Assembly (NCBI GenBank): GCA_034435015.1
Contig: DAOTYH010000062.1
Span: forward strand, 1,219 to 65,218
Origin: Anaerolineae bacterium
GTDB taxonomy: Bacteria > Chloroflexota > Anaerolineae > Aggregatilineales > UBA3940
DNA: 64,000 bases
Direction: 5' to 3'
Made by a program: the position numbers and the translations under genes. Below, piece after piece: positions 7,992 through 16,285 of this stretch (position 1 is the first letter of the stretch; every line of letters begins with the position of its first letter). The notes under the pieces were generated by a model. The model saw only the letters and a program-made list of their open reading frames with translations, was not told the DNA's origin and ran no database searches.

Positions 7992-8844
7992 CGGCTACCT
8001 CCCGCCGGACAAAATCCGCACCGGCACGCGCCCCTGCATCCAGATCATCCCCAAGAGGACGCCAAATCGAGAGGGCCGGGCCGACCTCTTCGCCCGGCTG
8101 TACAAATGACTCAATGGTCAGCCAGCCACGGTAGCCCGCCGCATCGAGCGCCTCACGCACACTGGCCCATGGAATATGTCCCTGCCCCGGCATCTTGCGG
8201 TTGTTCTCCGAGCAATGGAAGTGGCCAATCTGATCACCCGCCAGCCGGATCGCTTTGCTGATGTCATCTTCTTCAATGTTCAAATGGAAAGTGTCGAGGT
8301 GTAATTTAATGGCGGGACTGTTCACTTCGGCCAACAGGGCTAGACCCTGTTCAACCGTGTTGATCAAATACCCTTCGAAGCGGTTGAGCACCTCAAGGCA
8401 AAGCGTCACGCCCAGACTGGCGGCGATCTGTCCAACCTCACGCAATGCCTTGATGCAACGTTTGCGGGCCTCAGCCTGCTCTGCGTAGGGCGGAAAGACA
8501 CCCCAAGCGGCGTACGTCACCCCGCCCAGCACGGGACTGCCGAGAGCCGCACATCCTTCCAGACAGGCCCGCAAATGGGCTGTACCTGCTGTGCGTATGC
8601 CGCTGTCGGGGCTGGTAATGTCGGTCGCGGGGCCAAGGCCAGTGCCGCAGGTGGCGTGCATTCCCTGTTCGTCCAATGCGGCCCGCAGACGCGGAAAATC
8701 CATTGTTGCCGGCGACAGCAAAGGAAACTCTGCCCCGTCAAAGCCGGCCTGCCGTGCCCGTGCGATCAACGGCACTAGATCGTCTGACCATTGCCGTTGC
8801 CAATAAGAAAGATGTATCCCAATTGGGCGGGGCATCGTCAGCAC
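7984..8844 (-). CDS. ketose 3-epimerase-like sugar-phosphate isomerase/epimerase (xylose-isomerase-like TIM barrel)
   Basis: 286 aa. It is collinear by eye with D-tagatose/D-psicose 3-epimerases: IGIHLSYW, LCLEVLNRFE, HLDTFHLNIEE, GHFHCSENNRKMPGQGHIPW, TIESF. These blocks hold the E/D/H/E metal-ligand positions. The start is GTG at 8844 or ATG at 8835. Confidence 0.75.
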   Translation of the reverse strand: MLTMPRPIGIHLSYWQRQWSDDLVPLIARARQAGFDGAEFPLLSPATMDFPRLRAALDEQGMHATCGTGLGPATDITSPDSGIRTAGTAHLRACLEGCAALGSPVLGGVTYAAWGVFPPYAEQAEARKRCIKALREVGQIAASLGVTLCLEVLNRFEGYLINTVEQGLALLAEVNSPAIKLHLDTFHLNIEEDDISKAIRLAGDQIGHFHCSENNRKMPGQGHIPWASVREALDAAGYRGWLTIESFVQPGEEVGPALSIWRPLGDDLDAGARAGADFVRREVAGA

Positions 8845-8852
8845 CTTTCAGG

Positions 8853-8890
8853 GAGGCCCTTCCTCCCCCACTGGCGCGAGGAAGGGCCTC
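8853..8890 (-). other. intra-operon RNA hairpin (13-bp perfect stem, 12-nt loop)
   Basis: GAGGCCCTTCCTC (8853-8865) and GAGGAAGGGCCTC (8878-8890) are exact reverse complements. They sit in the 63-nt gap between the EIIC stop and the epimerase start. No U-run follows on the transcribed strand. Confidence 0.55.
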
Positions 8891-8907
8891 AGGCTATTGT
8901 GGACGAG

Positions 8908-10194
8908 CTAGAAGCCGAGCAGTTTGGCAATCCCTCCTACCACAATGGCGATCAACGAGAAGTCGTTGCCGCCAAAGAGCTGGATGAAATTGCCCGCCGA
9001 GTTGGAGATGAGGGGGAGTGAGAACGCCTGCAGTACGATCAACAACACACCGCCAACAGCCGCCGCAATGATCGCTCCACGCCGCCCCCCTGTGGCGTTC
9101 GCTACCACTGCCGCCGGGCCAACATCAAAGAAGGCCGCAACAACCAGCGGGAACAGCACATAGCTGTAGCCTGCCAAGTTGAAGATCACGAGCGTGATCA
9201 GCGAGGTGATCATTGCGATTGGGAAGCCGATAGCCAGCGCGTTCTGGCCGTAAGGGAAGACCATCGGGCAGTCCAGAGCAGGCACAGCCTCTGGCACGAT
9301 AGCCTTGGCAATGCCATGGAAGGCCGGGATGATCTCAGCCAGCATCATGCGGACACCGGTCAGCAAGACGACCAGTGCGGCACCAAAGCTGATACCCTTG
9401 AAGAGCGTCCAGAACACCCAGATCCACACCTGCCCGCCGGTATAGGTGTCAGCCGCCCACTGCGGGCCGGCCAGCAGACCGAAGATCAAGTAGAGCAGGA
9501 ACATGATCAGCGAGGTTGTGATCACCATTTCCTTGAGGAAACCAAGCCCCTTGGGAACCTCAATATCCTCAGTAGACTTGTTGGGGTTGCCAAGCAGTTT
9601 GCCCAGCAGAGCACCGATCAACACATGGATGGTGGTGGTGTGGCCAATGCTGAACTGCCTGTCGCCCGTCAGCTTGAAGATGAAGGGGGCGATTATGGCC
9701 GGCAGGACGGTAGAGATGATGCCGAGGACGATACTGCCGACAATAACCAAAGGTACACCGGTGATGCGGCCGCCGTCCGCCAGCGCCGCCGCCACCATGA
9801 ACGCATTCCAGAACAGGATATGCCCTGTTAGGAAGACGTACTTGAGCGGCGTTACGCGGGCGAGGATCACATTCACCAAGAAGCCAAAGACCATGATCAG
9901 CACGACTTCAATGCCCCGCTCAGCTAGGAAGGCAGTGAAGTCGGCCACAGCGGCTGTTCCCCCGCCACTGCCTTGATAGACCTGTGCAAAATGCTCTGAG
10001 ATCGGCGTGATAGCCGCAACCAGCAGGTCTACTGCGGCAAAAAGGATGAGCACACCTGCCATCGTCTTGATCGTGCCGCTGATGACCTCATTGACCGGCT
10101 TGCGCTGGAACAGCAAGCCTAGCAGGGCTACAATGCCCAGCATAAAGGTCGGCAGGATGCGCGGGACAAGGGTGAAGATAATATTGATGTCCAT
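8908..10194 (-). CDS. PTS ascorbate-family EIIC permease (SgaT/UlaA-like)
   Basis: 428 aa and polytopic. ATG at 10194 follows AAAGGAGGA. The N-terminus (ILPTFMLGIVALLGLLFQRKP...ISGTIKTMAGVLILFAA) and overall hydropathy fit the UlaA/SgaT family. The cognate EIIB and EIIA are in the same operon. Confidence 0.75.
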   Translation of the reverse strand: MDINIIFTLVPRILPTFMLGIVALLGLLFQRKPVNEVISGTIKTMAGVLILFAAVDLLVAAITPISEHFAQVYQGSGGGTAAVADFTAFLAERGIEVVLIMVFGFLVNVILARVTPLKYVFLTGHILFWNAFMVAAALADGGRITGVPLVIVGSIVLGIISTVLPAIIAPFIFKLTGDRQFSIGHTTTIHVLIGALLGKLLGNPNKSTEDIEVPKGLGFLKEMVITTSLIMFLLYLIFGLLAGPQWAADTYTGGQVWIWVFWTLFKGISFGAALVVLLTGVRMMLAEIIPAFHGIAKAIVPEAVPALDCPMVFPYGQNALAIGFPIAMITSLITLVIFNLAGYSYVLFPLVVAAFFDVGPAAVVANATGGRRGAIIAAAVGGVLLIVLQAFSLPLISNSAGNFIQLFGGNDFSLIAIVVGGIAKLLGF

Positions 10195-10236
10195 AGCATT
10201 CCTCCTTTAGGGTTAGTACAGCAACTACGATGAGAA

Positions 10237-12411
10237 CTACTCACCCGCCTGCCAGAAAATGTCAACGACGAGGCTTGCCTCACTGCGGGGGGCACAGCGG
10301 ACAAGCAGGTTATCCCCCTCCAGAGACCAGTCTGCAGGCCCGCTCTGGCTGGGGAACATCTCTACCCGTTCTGGCATGCGGCCATTCCGTTGGATACACA
10401 GCACACAGCTTGTATCCTCTCTCAAATAGTTTGCAATCAGCAGAGTACTGCGGCCCGACCCTTCCAATAAATGGTGGTCGAGGGTACGCTCTCCCTGTTG
10501 CTGATAGCTGATGCAAACACGGGGCCGGATCGCAAGGCGCTCCAGCACAACGGCCAGCAGGCTTTTGAGCCAGGCCCCCTCCGGTTTCAGATAACCGGCG
10601 TCGGCTCTGGTGGCAATATACAGGCCTGCGCCTTTGCCGCGCTGAGCCAATGTGATAGCAGGCCACCCATCCGTAAAGCGGGCCAGCACCTCCGTATTTG
10701 GCTCAGGCTGGATTAGATCACGATGGAATGCGCCCTGCACTGCCTGCCCCTCCAGATCAAGGATCGGCGTGCCAAGTGCGTCAGGTTCGATCTGGGCCAG
10801 CCCGAAAGCTTCACGCAAGCCGGGGATCGGCAGATGATGATGATACCAGCCTGCTTCGGTCAGGGCGGCACAACGCGCAAAGGCAATCAGCAGACCCCCG
10901 CTCTCTACATAAGCCAGCAGTGCCGCCGCCTCCTCAAGGTTGAGGAGAGAAACCAGCGGCAGTACGATAACCCGGTAGAACTTGATCTCTGGAAGTTTCA
11001 GGTGGGGTGGAGTAATGAAGTCCACGCTGAAGCCCTGCTCCCAAAGGGCGCGGTAAGCACCACGCTGGGCGGCAAACAATATCTCTTCCTGACCGATACT
11101 GCTGAAGAAGATCGCATTAGGCTTCGATTCAAGCAGAGCAACCTCGCCTTGCGGCACATGTGCCGTGAGCAGATGCTCTTTGTTATGCTGGATATAGCGG
11201 CCCAACCCAGTTGCCGCTTCGAGGCGCGGCGTAGGTTGCCCGTCTAGATCAACCAGTGCGCCCCAGTGCAACGGCTGATAATCCCACTCACGCCATGGCA
11301 TGTAGAGCAGCATCTTGGCATCATGTCCCAGCGCCTCAAAGCCGTTGCGCCAGATGTCTGTTGGGCTGGTGTTGTATTCCGGCCCCAGTACCCAGCCGCC
11401 AATGGGGCCTGACTCAACTTCATGCAACCAGAAATCGCGTCCACCCCAACGGCTGACACTCCGCCCATGATCGAGGAAGATCGAGGTGTGTTCAGGGCGG
11501 GACACTATCTTGGCTCCACTGCCGGGGTAGAGATCATAGCCAATGTGATCTACCTGCTTAGCGATCTGCCACTGATCTAGGCCGGTAAGAGCGCCAAAAC
11601 GGTCATATCCTTTGAAGTTAAAGGTGTTGATCGAGGTTGGATGATCAGGATCATACTGGCGGATCAGATCATGCTGGCGGCGTGCAAACTCTGCAAAAGC
11701 CTCCTGCCAGAAGAGCCGCCAGTCCAGCCAGCGCGTCACGCCTGACCACGTGTCCGGTGTTGCTTCAGGAGGATCAACCTCCTCCCAATCATTATACCAG
11801 AAGGCTGTTGTACTCCACATCCAAGCGGCATTAAGCGCCTCAAGCGTGTGATATTTGGCCTGTACCCACTCACGAAAGCGTGCCTTGCTGTGATCGCAGT
11901 AACAGTAGATGTCAAGGCGGCCCTTCTCCCGCGTGGGGTTAAAGGGAAAGCCGATCTCGTTGCTGATCTGCCAGCCAAAGTGATTCTCATGTCTAACAGC
12001 AAATTGAGCCAGAGCCGCCAGATAGCGGTCACTAGCCTCTAGGAAGCCCGGATGATGGATGCAGGCCCAATGATAGGAGGCTGCCAGCGGATAACGCTCC
12101 CCCCGGCTGGACAGGATCACCGCATCAGGATACTTACGCGCCAGCCAGAGCGGCGGGCAGGAGGCGCCGGTGCTCAGCAACACATCCAGACCGAAGGCCC
12201 CGGCACGGCGGTAAAAGGAGTCGAGGACCTCCAAGCGAATGCGGCCCTCCTGCGGTTCGAGGCGATCCCACGAACCATGTACATCCCCAATGCGGATCAG
12301 GTTCATGCCTGCCGCCTGCATCTGCCGCAGGTCTTCCTCCCACTCCGACTCCGGGAAGATCAAAGGGGAGTAAGATGCACCGTAGCGCATCACCGCCCGT
12401 GAGCCTGACAT
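10237..12411 (-). CDS. glycoside hydrolase family 42 (beta-galactosidase-like)
   Basis: 724 aa. The GH42-type N-terminus reads YGASYSPLIF..WEEDLRQMQAAGMNLIRIG..SWDRLEPQEG. The acid/base motif is GWQISNEIG and the candidate nucleophile region is FWLHEVESGPIGGW. Trimerisation-domain-sized and C-terminal beta-domain-sized regions follow. Confidence 0.8.
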   Translation of the reverse strand: MSGSRAVMRYGASYSPLIFPESEWEEDLRQMQAAGMNLIRIGDVHGSWDRLEPQEGRIRLEVLDSFYRRAGAFGLDVLLSTGASCPPLWLARKYPDAVILSSRGERYPLAASYHWACIHHPGFLEASDRYLAALAQFAVRHENHFGWQISNEIGFPFNPTREKGRLDIYCYCDHSKARFREWVQAKYHTLEALNAAWMWSTTAFWYNDWEEVDPPEATPDTWSGVTRWLDWRLFWQEAFAEFARRQHDLIRQYDPDHPTSINTFNFKGYDRFGALTGLDQWQIAKQVDHIGYDLYPGSGAKIVSRPEHTSIFLDHGRSVSRWGGRDFWLHEVESGPIGGWVLGPEYNTSPTDIWRNGFEALGHDAKMLLYMPWREWDYQPLHWGALVDLDGQPTPRLEAATGLGRYIQHNKEHLLTAHVPQGEVALLESKPNAIFFSSIGQEEILFAAQRGAYRALWEQGFSVDFITPPHLKLPEIKFYRVIVLPLVSLLNLEEAAALLAYVESGGLLIAFARCAALTEAGWYHHHLPIPGLREAFGLAQIEPDALGTPILDLEGQAVQGAFHRDLIQPEPNTEVLARFTDGWPAITLAQRGKGAGLYIATRADAGYLKPEGAWLKSLLAVVLERLAIRPRVCISYQQQGERTLDHHLLEGSGRSTLLIANYLREDTSCVLCIQRNGRMPERVEMFPSQSGPADWSLEGDNLLVRCAPRSEASLVVDIFWQAGE

Positions 12412-12416
12412 AGAGA

Positions 12417-12704
12417 CTACTTCTTGCCTTCTAGCAGAGGACGAATGGCCGGCAGGACCTTCTCCACCACCTCGGTTTTACTGAGGAAGTTGTTGACGAC
12501 CACCACCGGCTGAGGGATGTCCTTAAACGCTGTAGAGAGGTCTTTTGAGGTGACTACAACATCGAAGCGCTCACCTTTAGCGGTAGTCATATCTGTGCAG
12601 AAGGTCTCAGCCTTAAGTCCGCTCTCCTTGAGGACTTCATCTATTTTGAGCTTCAAGATCATGCTTGACCCAAGGCCAAAGCCACATACAACCATGATGC
12701 GCAT
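12417..12704 (-). CDS. PTS EIIB component (ascorbate/lactose-type, SgaB-like)
   Basis: ATG at 12704 is preceded by AGGAGG with a 6-nt spacer. The ORF-track start at 12731 is TTG. MRIMVVCGFGLGSSMILK contains the phospho-Cys loop typical of PTS_IIB. Confidence 0.8.
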   Translation of the reverse strand: MRIMVVCGFGLGSSMILKLKIDEVLKESGLKAETFCTDMTTAKGERFDVVVTSKDLSTAFKDIPQPVVVVNNFLSKTEVVEKVLPAIRPLLEGKK

Positions 12705-12820
12705 CTGTATCCTCCTGATGGGATAGGCCAATAGCGCGGGAGGGGTCGAGAAGAAAGCCCTTTATTTTAAGGTGTACTGCCCCAACACAGCCAGGGGCTT
12801 GATGCTAGGGACAGGATGCC

Positions 12821-13279
12821 TCAGGAGTTAGCAATGTCAAACTGCTGGATGATGTCTACAACTTCTTTAACACTCTTAGCGGCACTCAGTTTCTGACGGG
12901 TAGTTTCTTCTCCAAGAAAGCCCGCCAGTTGAGTCAACATGCTAATATGGCTGGTCTTGTCTGGGTTACCGAAGGCAATCACCAGCGAGACAGGATCATT
13001 CTCTTGAGAGCCAAACTCGACTGGCTTCGCCAGCGTAACCAGTGATACACCCACGGCCAGCACACCATCCTCTGGACGCGCATGAGGCAATGCAAGACCA
13101 GGTGCCAGTACCATATAAGGCCCGACGCGGTAAACAGCATCTATCATAGCCTGAACATACCGAGGCTCACACTTGCCAGCCTTGACAAGCGGCTCTCCCG
13201 CCGCACGGATAGCCTCTTCCCAGTTCTTGGCGGGAACTTTTAGCCGGATCATATCCGGTGTCAGGGTTTCACTGAGCAT
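12821..13279 (-). CDS. PTS EIIA component (EIIA-2, mannitol/fructose/ascorbate type)
   Basis: 152 aa. PGLALPHARPEDGV matches the phospho-His loop of PTS_EIIA_2, and the size is typical of SgaA/UlaC. Confidence 0.8.
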   Translation of the reverse strand: MLSETLTPDMIRLKVPAKNWEEAIRAAGEPLVKAGKCEPRYVQAMIDAVYRVGPYMVLAPGLALPHARPEDGVLAVGVSLVTLAKPVEFGSQENDPVSLVIAFGNPDKTSHISMLTQLAGFLGEETTRQKLSAAKSVKEVVDIIQQFDIANS

Positions 13280-13288
13280 TTTCTTTCT

Positions 13289-14254
13289 TTAGTCCTCTTT
13301 CAGAAGTTTCAGTGCTGTCAGGGAGTCCGTGATCAGAGTATTGAGAAGCCTGCCGCGCATAGCGGCACGCAGTACTTCTACCTTTTCGGGGCCGCCTGCT
13401 ACCACCACACTGCGAGGCACATGCCGCAGGTCTTCAAGGCTGATGGCAATGGCCCGCTCGCAGATCGGATGCTGGATATACTCTCCCTGACTGTCAAAGA
13501 ATTGGCCTAGCATATCCCCCACTGCGCCACGCGCCCGCAGGTCCTCTAGATCATCATCATTCAAATAGCCGTGCAGGTAAAGCAGGGCCGACCGATCAAC
13601 CGGGCCAACGCTCTGCAGGACCATATCAGCCCGACGGGCTAGCTCCAGCGCCGCCGCGATGGGCGGCTCCCGCAGGAGAGCTTCGCGCATCTCCGGGCTG
13701 GAAACAATGGTCGGCGCATACAGGTAAGCCGCTTTGCTCTCGGTCAGCTCGGCTATACGCGAAGTAATGTTGTAATCGGTGAAGCCGCCAGTACTCCCTA
13801 CGCCTCCGGCAACCTCAACAAACTGACACCCGATTGTCTGCGGAGGGCCGAATACCTGTGGAATATAGGAAAGAGTGCGCCCCTGCCCAATCCCGACGAT
13901 CATATCTGGCCGCAGGTTGCTGGTCAGCCATAGAACGGCGCCCTGAGCCAGTGTGCGGTAAAGCGGCTCTCCCGGCTCAGCCTCAGTAACGACCAGCGCC
14001 TCCCTCAAACCGTATCTACGGCATAGCTCCTGCTCCAAGCCAAAGTGGATCGGCTCCGGCGTGTTAATCCTGATCTCTACAATACCCAACTCGCGGGCCT
14101 GTTGAAGCAGACGATTCACCTTAACGCGGGAGAGTTCAAGCAGGTCACCGATCTCCTGCTGAGTCAGGCCGTCAATGTAATACATCCAGGCCGCCTGAGC
14201 CAGCAGGCGGGTCAGCGCTGAATTGGGGGTGGTACGTGCCTGACTACGGATCAT
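13289..14254 (-). CDS. SorC/CggR/DeoR-type sugar-binding transcriptional regulator
   Basis: 321 aa. The N-terminal HTH reads LTQQEIGDLLELSRVKVNRLLQQARELGIVEI. A sugar-phosphate-binding domain follows (IVGIGQGRTL..., VVVAGGPEKVEVLRAAM). It is the first gene of the operon. Confidence 0.8.
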   Translation of the reverse strand: MIRSQARTTPNSALTRLLAQAAWMYYIDGLTQQEIGDLLELSRVKVNRLLQQARELGIVEIRINTPEPIHFGLEQELCRRYGLREALVVTEAEPGEPLYRTLAQGAVLWLTSNLRPDMIVGIGQGRTLSYIPQVFGPPQTIGCQFVEVAGGVGSTGGFTDYNITSRIAELTESKAAYLYAPTIVSSPEMREALLREPPIAAALELARRADMVLQSVGPVDRSALLYLHGYLNDDDLEDLRARGAVGDMLGQFFDSQGEYIQHPICERAIAISLEDLRHVPRSVVVAGGPEKVEVLRAAMRGRLLNTLITDSLTALKLLKED

Positions 14255-14320
14255 GTGTTCACGAGGTTTTACAATTGTTCACACTGCTCCCATTCTCAGG
14301 CAGGATAGCCTGTATTCACA

Positions 14321-14334
14321 GTGACAAATGTCAC
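14321..14334. promoter_or_regulatory. candidate operator: perfect palindrome GTGACA-AA-TGTCAC
   Basis: The 14-bp palindrome lies 67-80 nt upstream of the SorC-regulator start, in the divergent intergenic region. The half-site-like TTCACA(C/G)TG also occurs twice nearby (about 14275 and 14315). Confidence 0.3.
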
Positions 14335-14383
14335 CTGCAAAGCATGACATTATGAACAGGTCTCTCCTGTTTTCTAACCAGAT

Positions 14384-14413
14384 TTGACACCTACGCCAAC
14401 TTCTGCCATAACT
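14384..14413 (+). promoter_or_regulatory. sigma-70-like promoter for the M23 hydrolase gene (TTGACA-N18-ATAACT)
   Basis: TTGACA is at 14384-14389 and ATAACT at 14408-14413, about 45 nt upstream of the ATG at 14459. The ORF-track start at 14384 is the TTG of this -35 box. Confidence 0.4.
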
Positions 14414-14458
14414 GCACTGTGTCGTGTGGAAGGCCGTGAATTTGAAGGAGACAGGCGA

Positions 14459-16267
14459 ATGGCAACACCCTATGACGGCAAGGTAGGTCTTTGGCATGTA
14501 GCGGGTAGCTGGGTAGGAGAGCCGGATATTGCAACACTGGCCAGCTCAGTTAAGCAACAATGTCCGGTCGCTGATGCGATCTATGTAAAAACCAGCAACG
14601 GCAAAGACTGGCAGGGCGTTTTTGATACAAAGGCCTCCATGGAGATCAACGGGCCGTCTGATATAGCCAAGTGGGTCAGTACGCTTGCCAGCTACGGCCT
14701 AGAGACGCACGTGTGGTGTGTGCTCAAGGGGCAAGACATTCAGGCTGAGATAGCCCGTGTGGTTGAGGCCGCCAGTGTGCCGGGTGTCAGGTCCATGATC
14801 CTCGATGTGGAGCCTTATACCGGCTACTGGCAGGGTACCCGCGCACAGGTCACGCAACTGATGAGCGGGGTGCGTAGTGCGCTGGGCCAGAGTTTCCATA
14901 TCGGCATCAGTGTGGACCCCCGCCGGCAACACTATGCCTCCATCTACCCTGACGCGTGGCGCCCCTACGTGAACAGCGTTCATCCTCAGGTGTACTGGGA
15001 GGAGATGCGGCGCGAGCCTGAAGACATCTTGAATGAGACCTACGTGGTGTGGGGGGGGTACGGGTTACCGATCTACCCGGTCTTACAGGGTTATGCCAGT
15101 GACCCTAACAGCATCCGCCGGGCACAAGACCTCGCCCGCAGTGTGCGCGGTGCAACCGGATTGTCCTACTTCCGGCTGGGGGTGATCGGGCCGATGCAGT
15201 TTCAGGCCATCAACGAGGAGTTCGTGGATGAGGAGGTCGGGCCAGACAAGGTCCTGCGGCGTTATGGCTGGGAAAAGATCATCTCCCCTGATGACGCCGG
15301 CTACCGGGATGGGACACGTTCCGGGCAGGCGACCAGCACCGTCTTTACGCAATTTACCAGCGTGCGCGGCCACATCATTAAGTACAAGAAGACTGAGGTT
15401 GCCCGTGACACCGTCTGGGCACAGTGGACCCCTCAACTGCCAGCCAAGGGGATTTATGAGATCTCGGTTTATGTGCCGGGACGGCATGCTACAACGCGCA
15501 ATGCTAAATACCATATTCATGGTGTGGCGGGCGTGGGAACTGAACTGCTGGTCAGCCTAAATCAGTATATTTACTCTGACCAGTGGGTCCCGCTGGTAGT
15601 CTATGAATTCGACAATACGAAGCCCAACGGCGGTCAGGTCAACCTGACTGATCTGACCGGTGAAAACAACCTGGAAATTGCCTTCACAGCGATCCGCTGG
15701 CGGCAGGTGATCGAGCAGATACAGCCAGAGGAAGAGGCAGGGTTCGACCCGCCCGTTGGAACAGCCCAAGAACGGCTGAGCAGTAAGGTCTGGCCGGGCA
15801 AATGGTATGATGCCACTGGTTATGCCACTTACTACACTACCGTTGGACCTGCCTATCACACAGGTGCTGATCTCAACCTGCCCGGCGACGCCGACCGTAA
15901 TACGCCGGTGTACGCGCCCGCTGATGGAGTTGTCACCTTCTCTGGCCGTAGCAGTGGCACGTGGGGGCGTCTGATTGTGATCCGCCACGATCCGTTGCCG
16001 GATGGCACAGTGGTCTGGAGCCGTCTGGCGCACATCACCAACCCGCTGGTCAAAGAGGGGGATCGTGTCGAGCGCGGCCAGCAGATAGCCAGCATTGGGA
16101 ATGCCGAAGGGCAGTTGCCGTTCCATCTGCACTTTGACATCGCCAAGACAGACATACTGGAACGAAACCCCGGACACTGGCCCGGCAGTAACCTTGATCT
16201 AGTGCGCAGACACTACGTTGATCCGCGCCTGTTCATCGAACAGCACCGTCCGCCTGGTCGTGTCTAG
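14459..16267 (+). CDS. multidomain cell-wall hydrolase: N-terminal TIM-barrel glycoside-hydrolase-like domain + golvesin/CBD-like middle domain + C-terminal M23 peptidase
   Basis: ATG at 14459 follows GAAGGAG. The C-terminus has M23 motifs HTGADLN (HxxxD) and FHLHFDI (HxH). The middle region (GIYEISVYVPGRHATTRNAKYHIHG...NQ...DQWVPLVVYEF) resembles golvesin-C-type binding domains. The N-terminal ~270 aa (VKTSNGKDWQG, MILDVEPY) resemble GH25/DUF1906-like barrels. Confidence 0.75.
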   Translation: MATPYDGKVGLWHVAGSWVGEPDIATLASSVKQQCPVADAIYVKTSNGKDWQGVFDTKASMEINGPSDIAKWVSTLASYGLETHVWCVLKGQDIQAEIARVVEAASVPGVRSMILDVEPYTGYWQGTRAQVTQLMSGVRSALGQSFHIGISVDPRRQHYASIYPDAWRPYVNSVHPQVYWEEMRREPEDILNETYVVWGGYGLPIYPVLQGYASDPNSIRRAQDLARSVRGATGLSYFRLGVIGPMQFQAINEEFVDEEVGPDKVLRRYGWEKIISPDDAGYRDGTRSGQATSTVFTQFTSVRGHIIKYKKTEVARDTVWAQWTPQLPAKGIYEISVYVPGRHATTRNAKYHIHGVAGVGTELLVSLNQYIYSDQWVPLVVYEFDNTKPNGGQVNLTDLTGENNLEIAFTAIRWRQVIEQIQPEEEAGFDPPVGTAQERLSSKVWPGKWYDATGYATYYTTVGPAYHTGADLNLPGDADRNTPVYAPADGVVTFSGRSSGTWGRLIVIRHDPLPDGTVVWSRLAHITNPLVKEGDRVERGQQIASIGNAEGQLPFHLHFDIAKTDILERNPGHWPGSNLDLVRRHYVDPRLFIEQHRPPGRV

Positions 16268-16285
16268 ACCAAGATGAAAGCGCAA

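Noticed and set aside
8908-13279. Canonical L-ascorbate (ula/sga) utilisation regulon
   Set aside because: Only the EIIA/B/C transport components resemble Ula. UlaG lactonase, UlaD decarboxylase and UlaF epimerase are absent, and the TIM-barrel gene resembles ketose 3-epimerases more than UlaE.
14384-14458. ORF-track N-terminal extensions starting at 14384 (M23 gene) and 21618 (glgP)
   Set aside because: Both starts are TTG codons that form part of -35 hexamers (TTGACA and TTGCAT). In both cases a downstream ATG with a strong Shine-Dalgarno sequence (14459 and 21744) gives a protein beginning where family homology begins.
15557-16177. 206-aa minus-strand ORF inside the M23 hydrolase gene (and other antisense or overlapping ORFs such as 40364-40927, 40844-41320, 9316-9976, 5571-6062, 36180-36692, 63072-63562)
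   Set aside because: All lie wholly within, or antisense to, ORFs with strong family signatures. They are the long spurious frames expected in GC-rich sequence.
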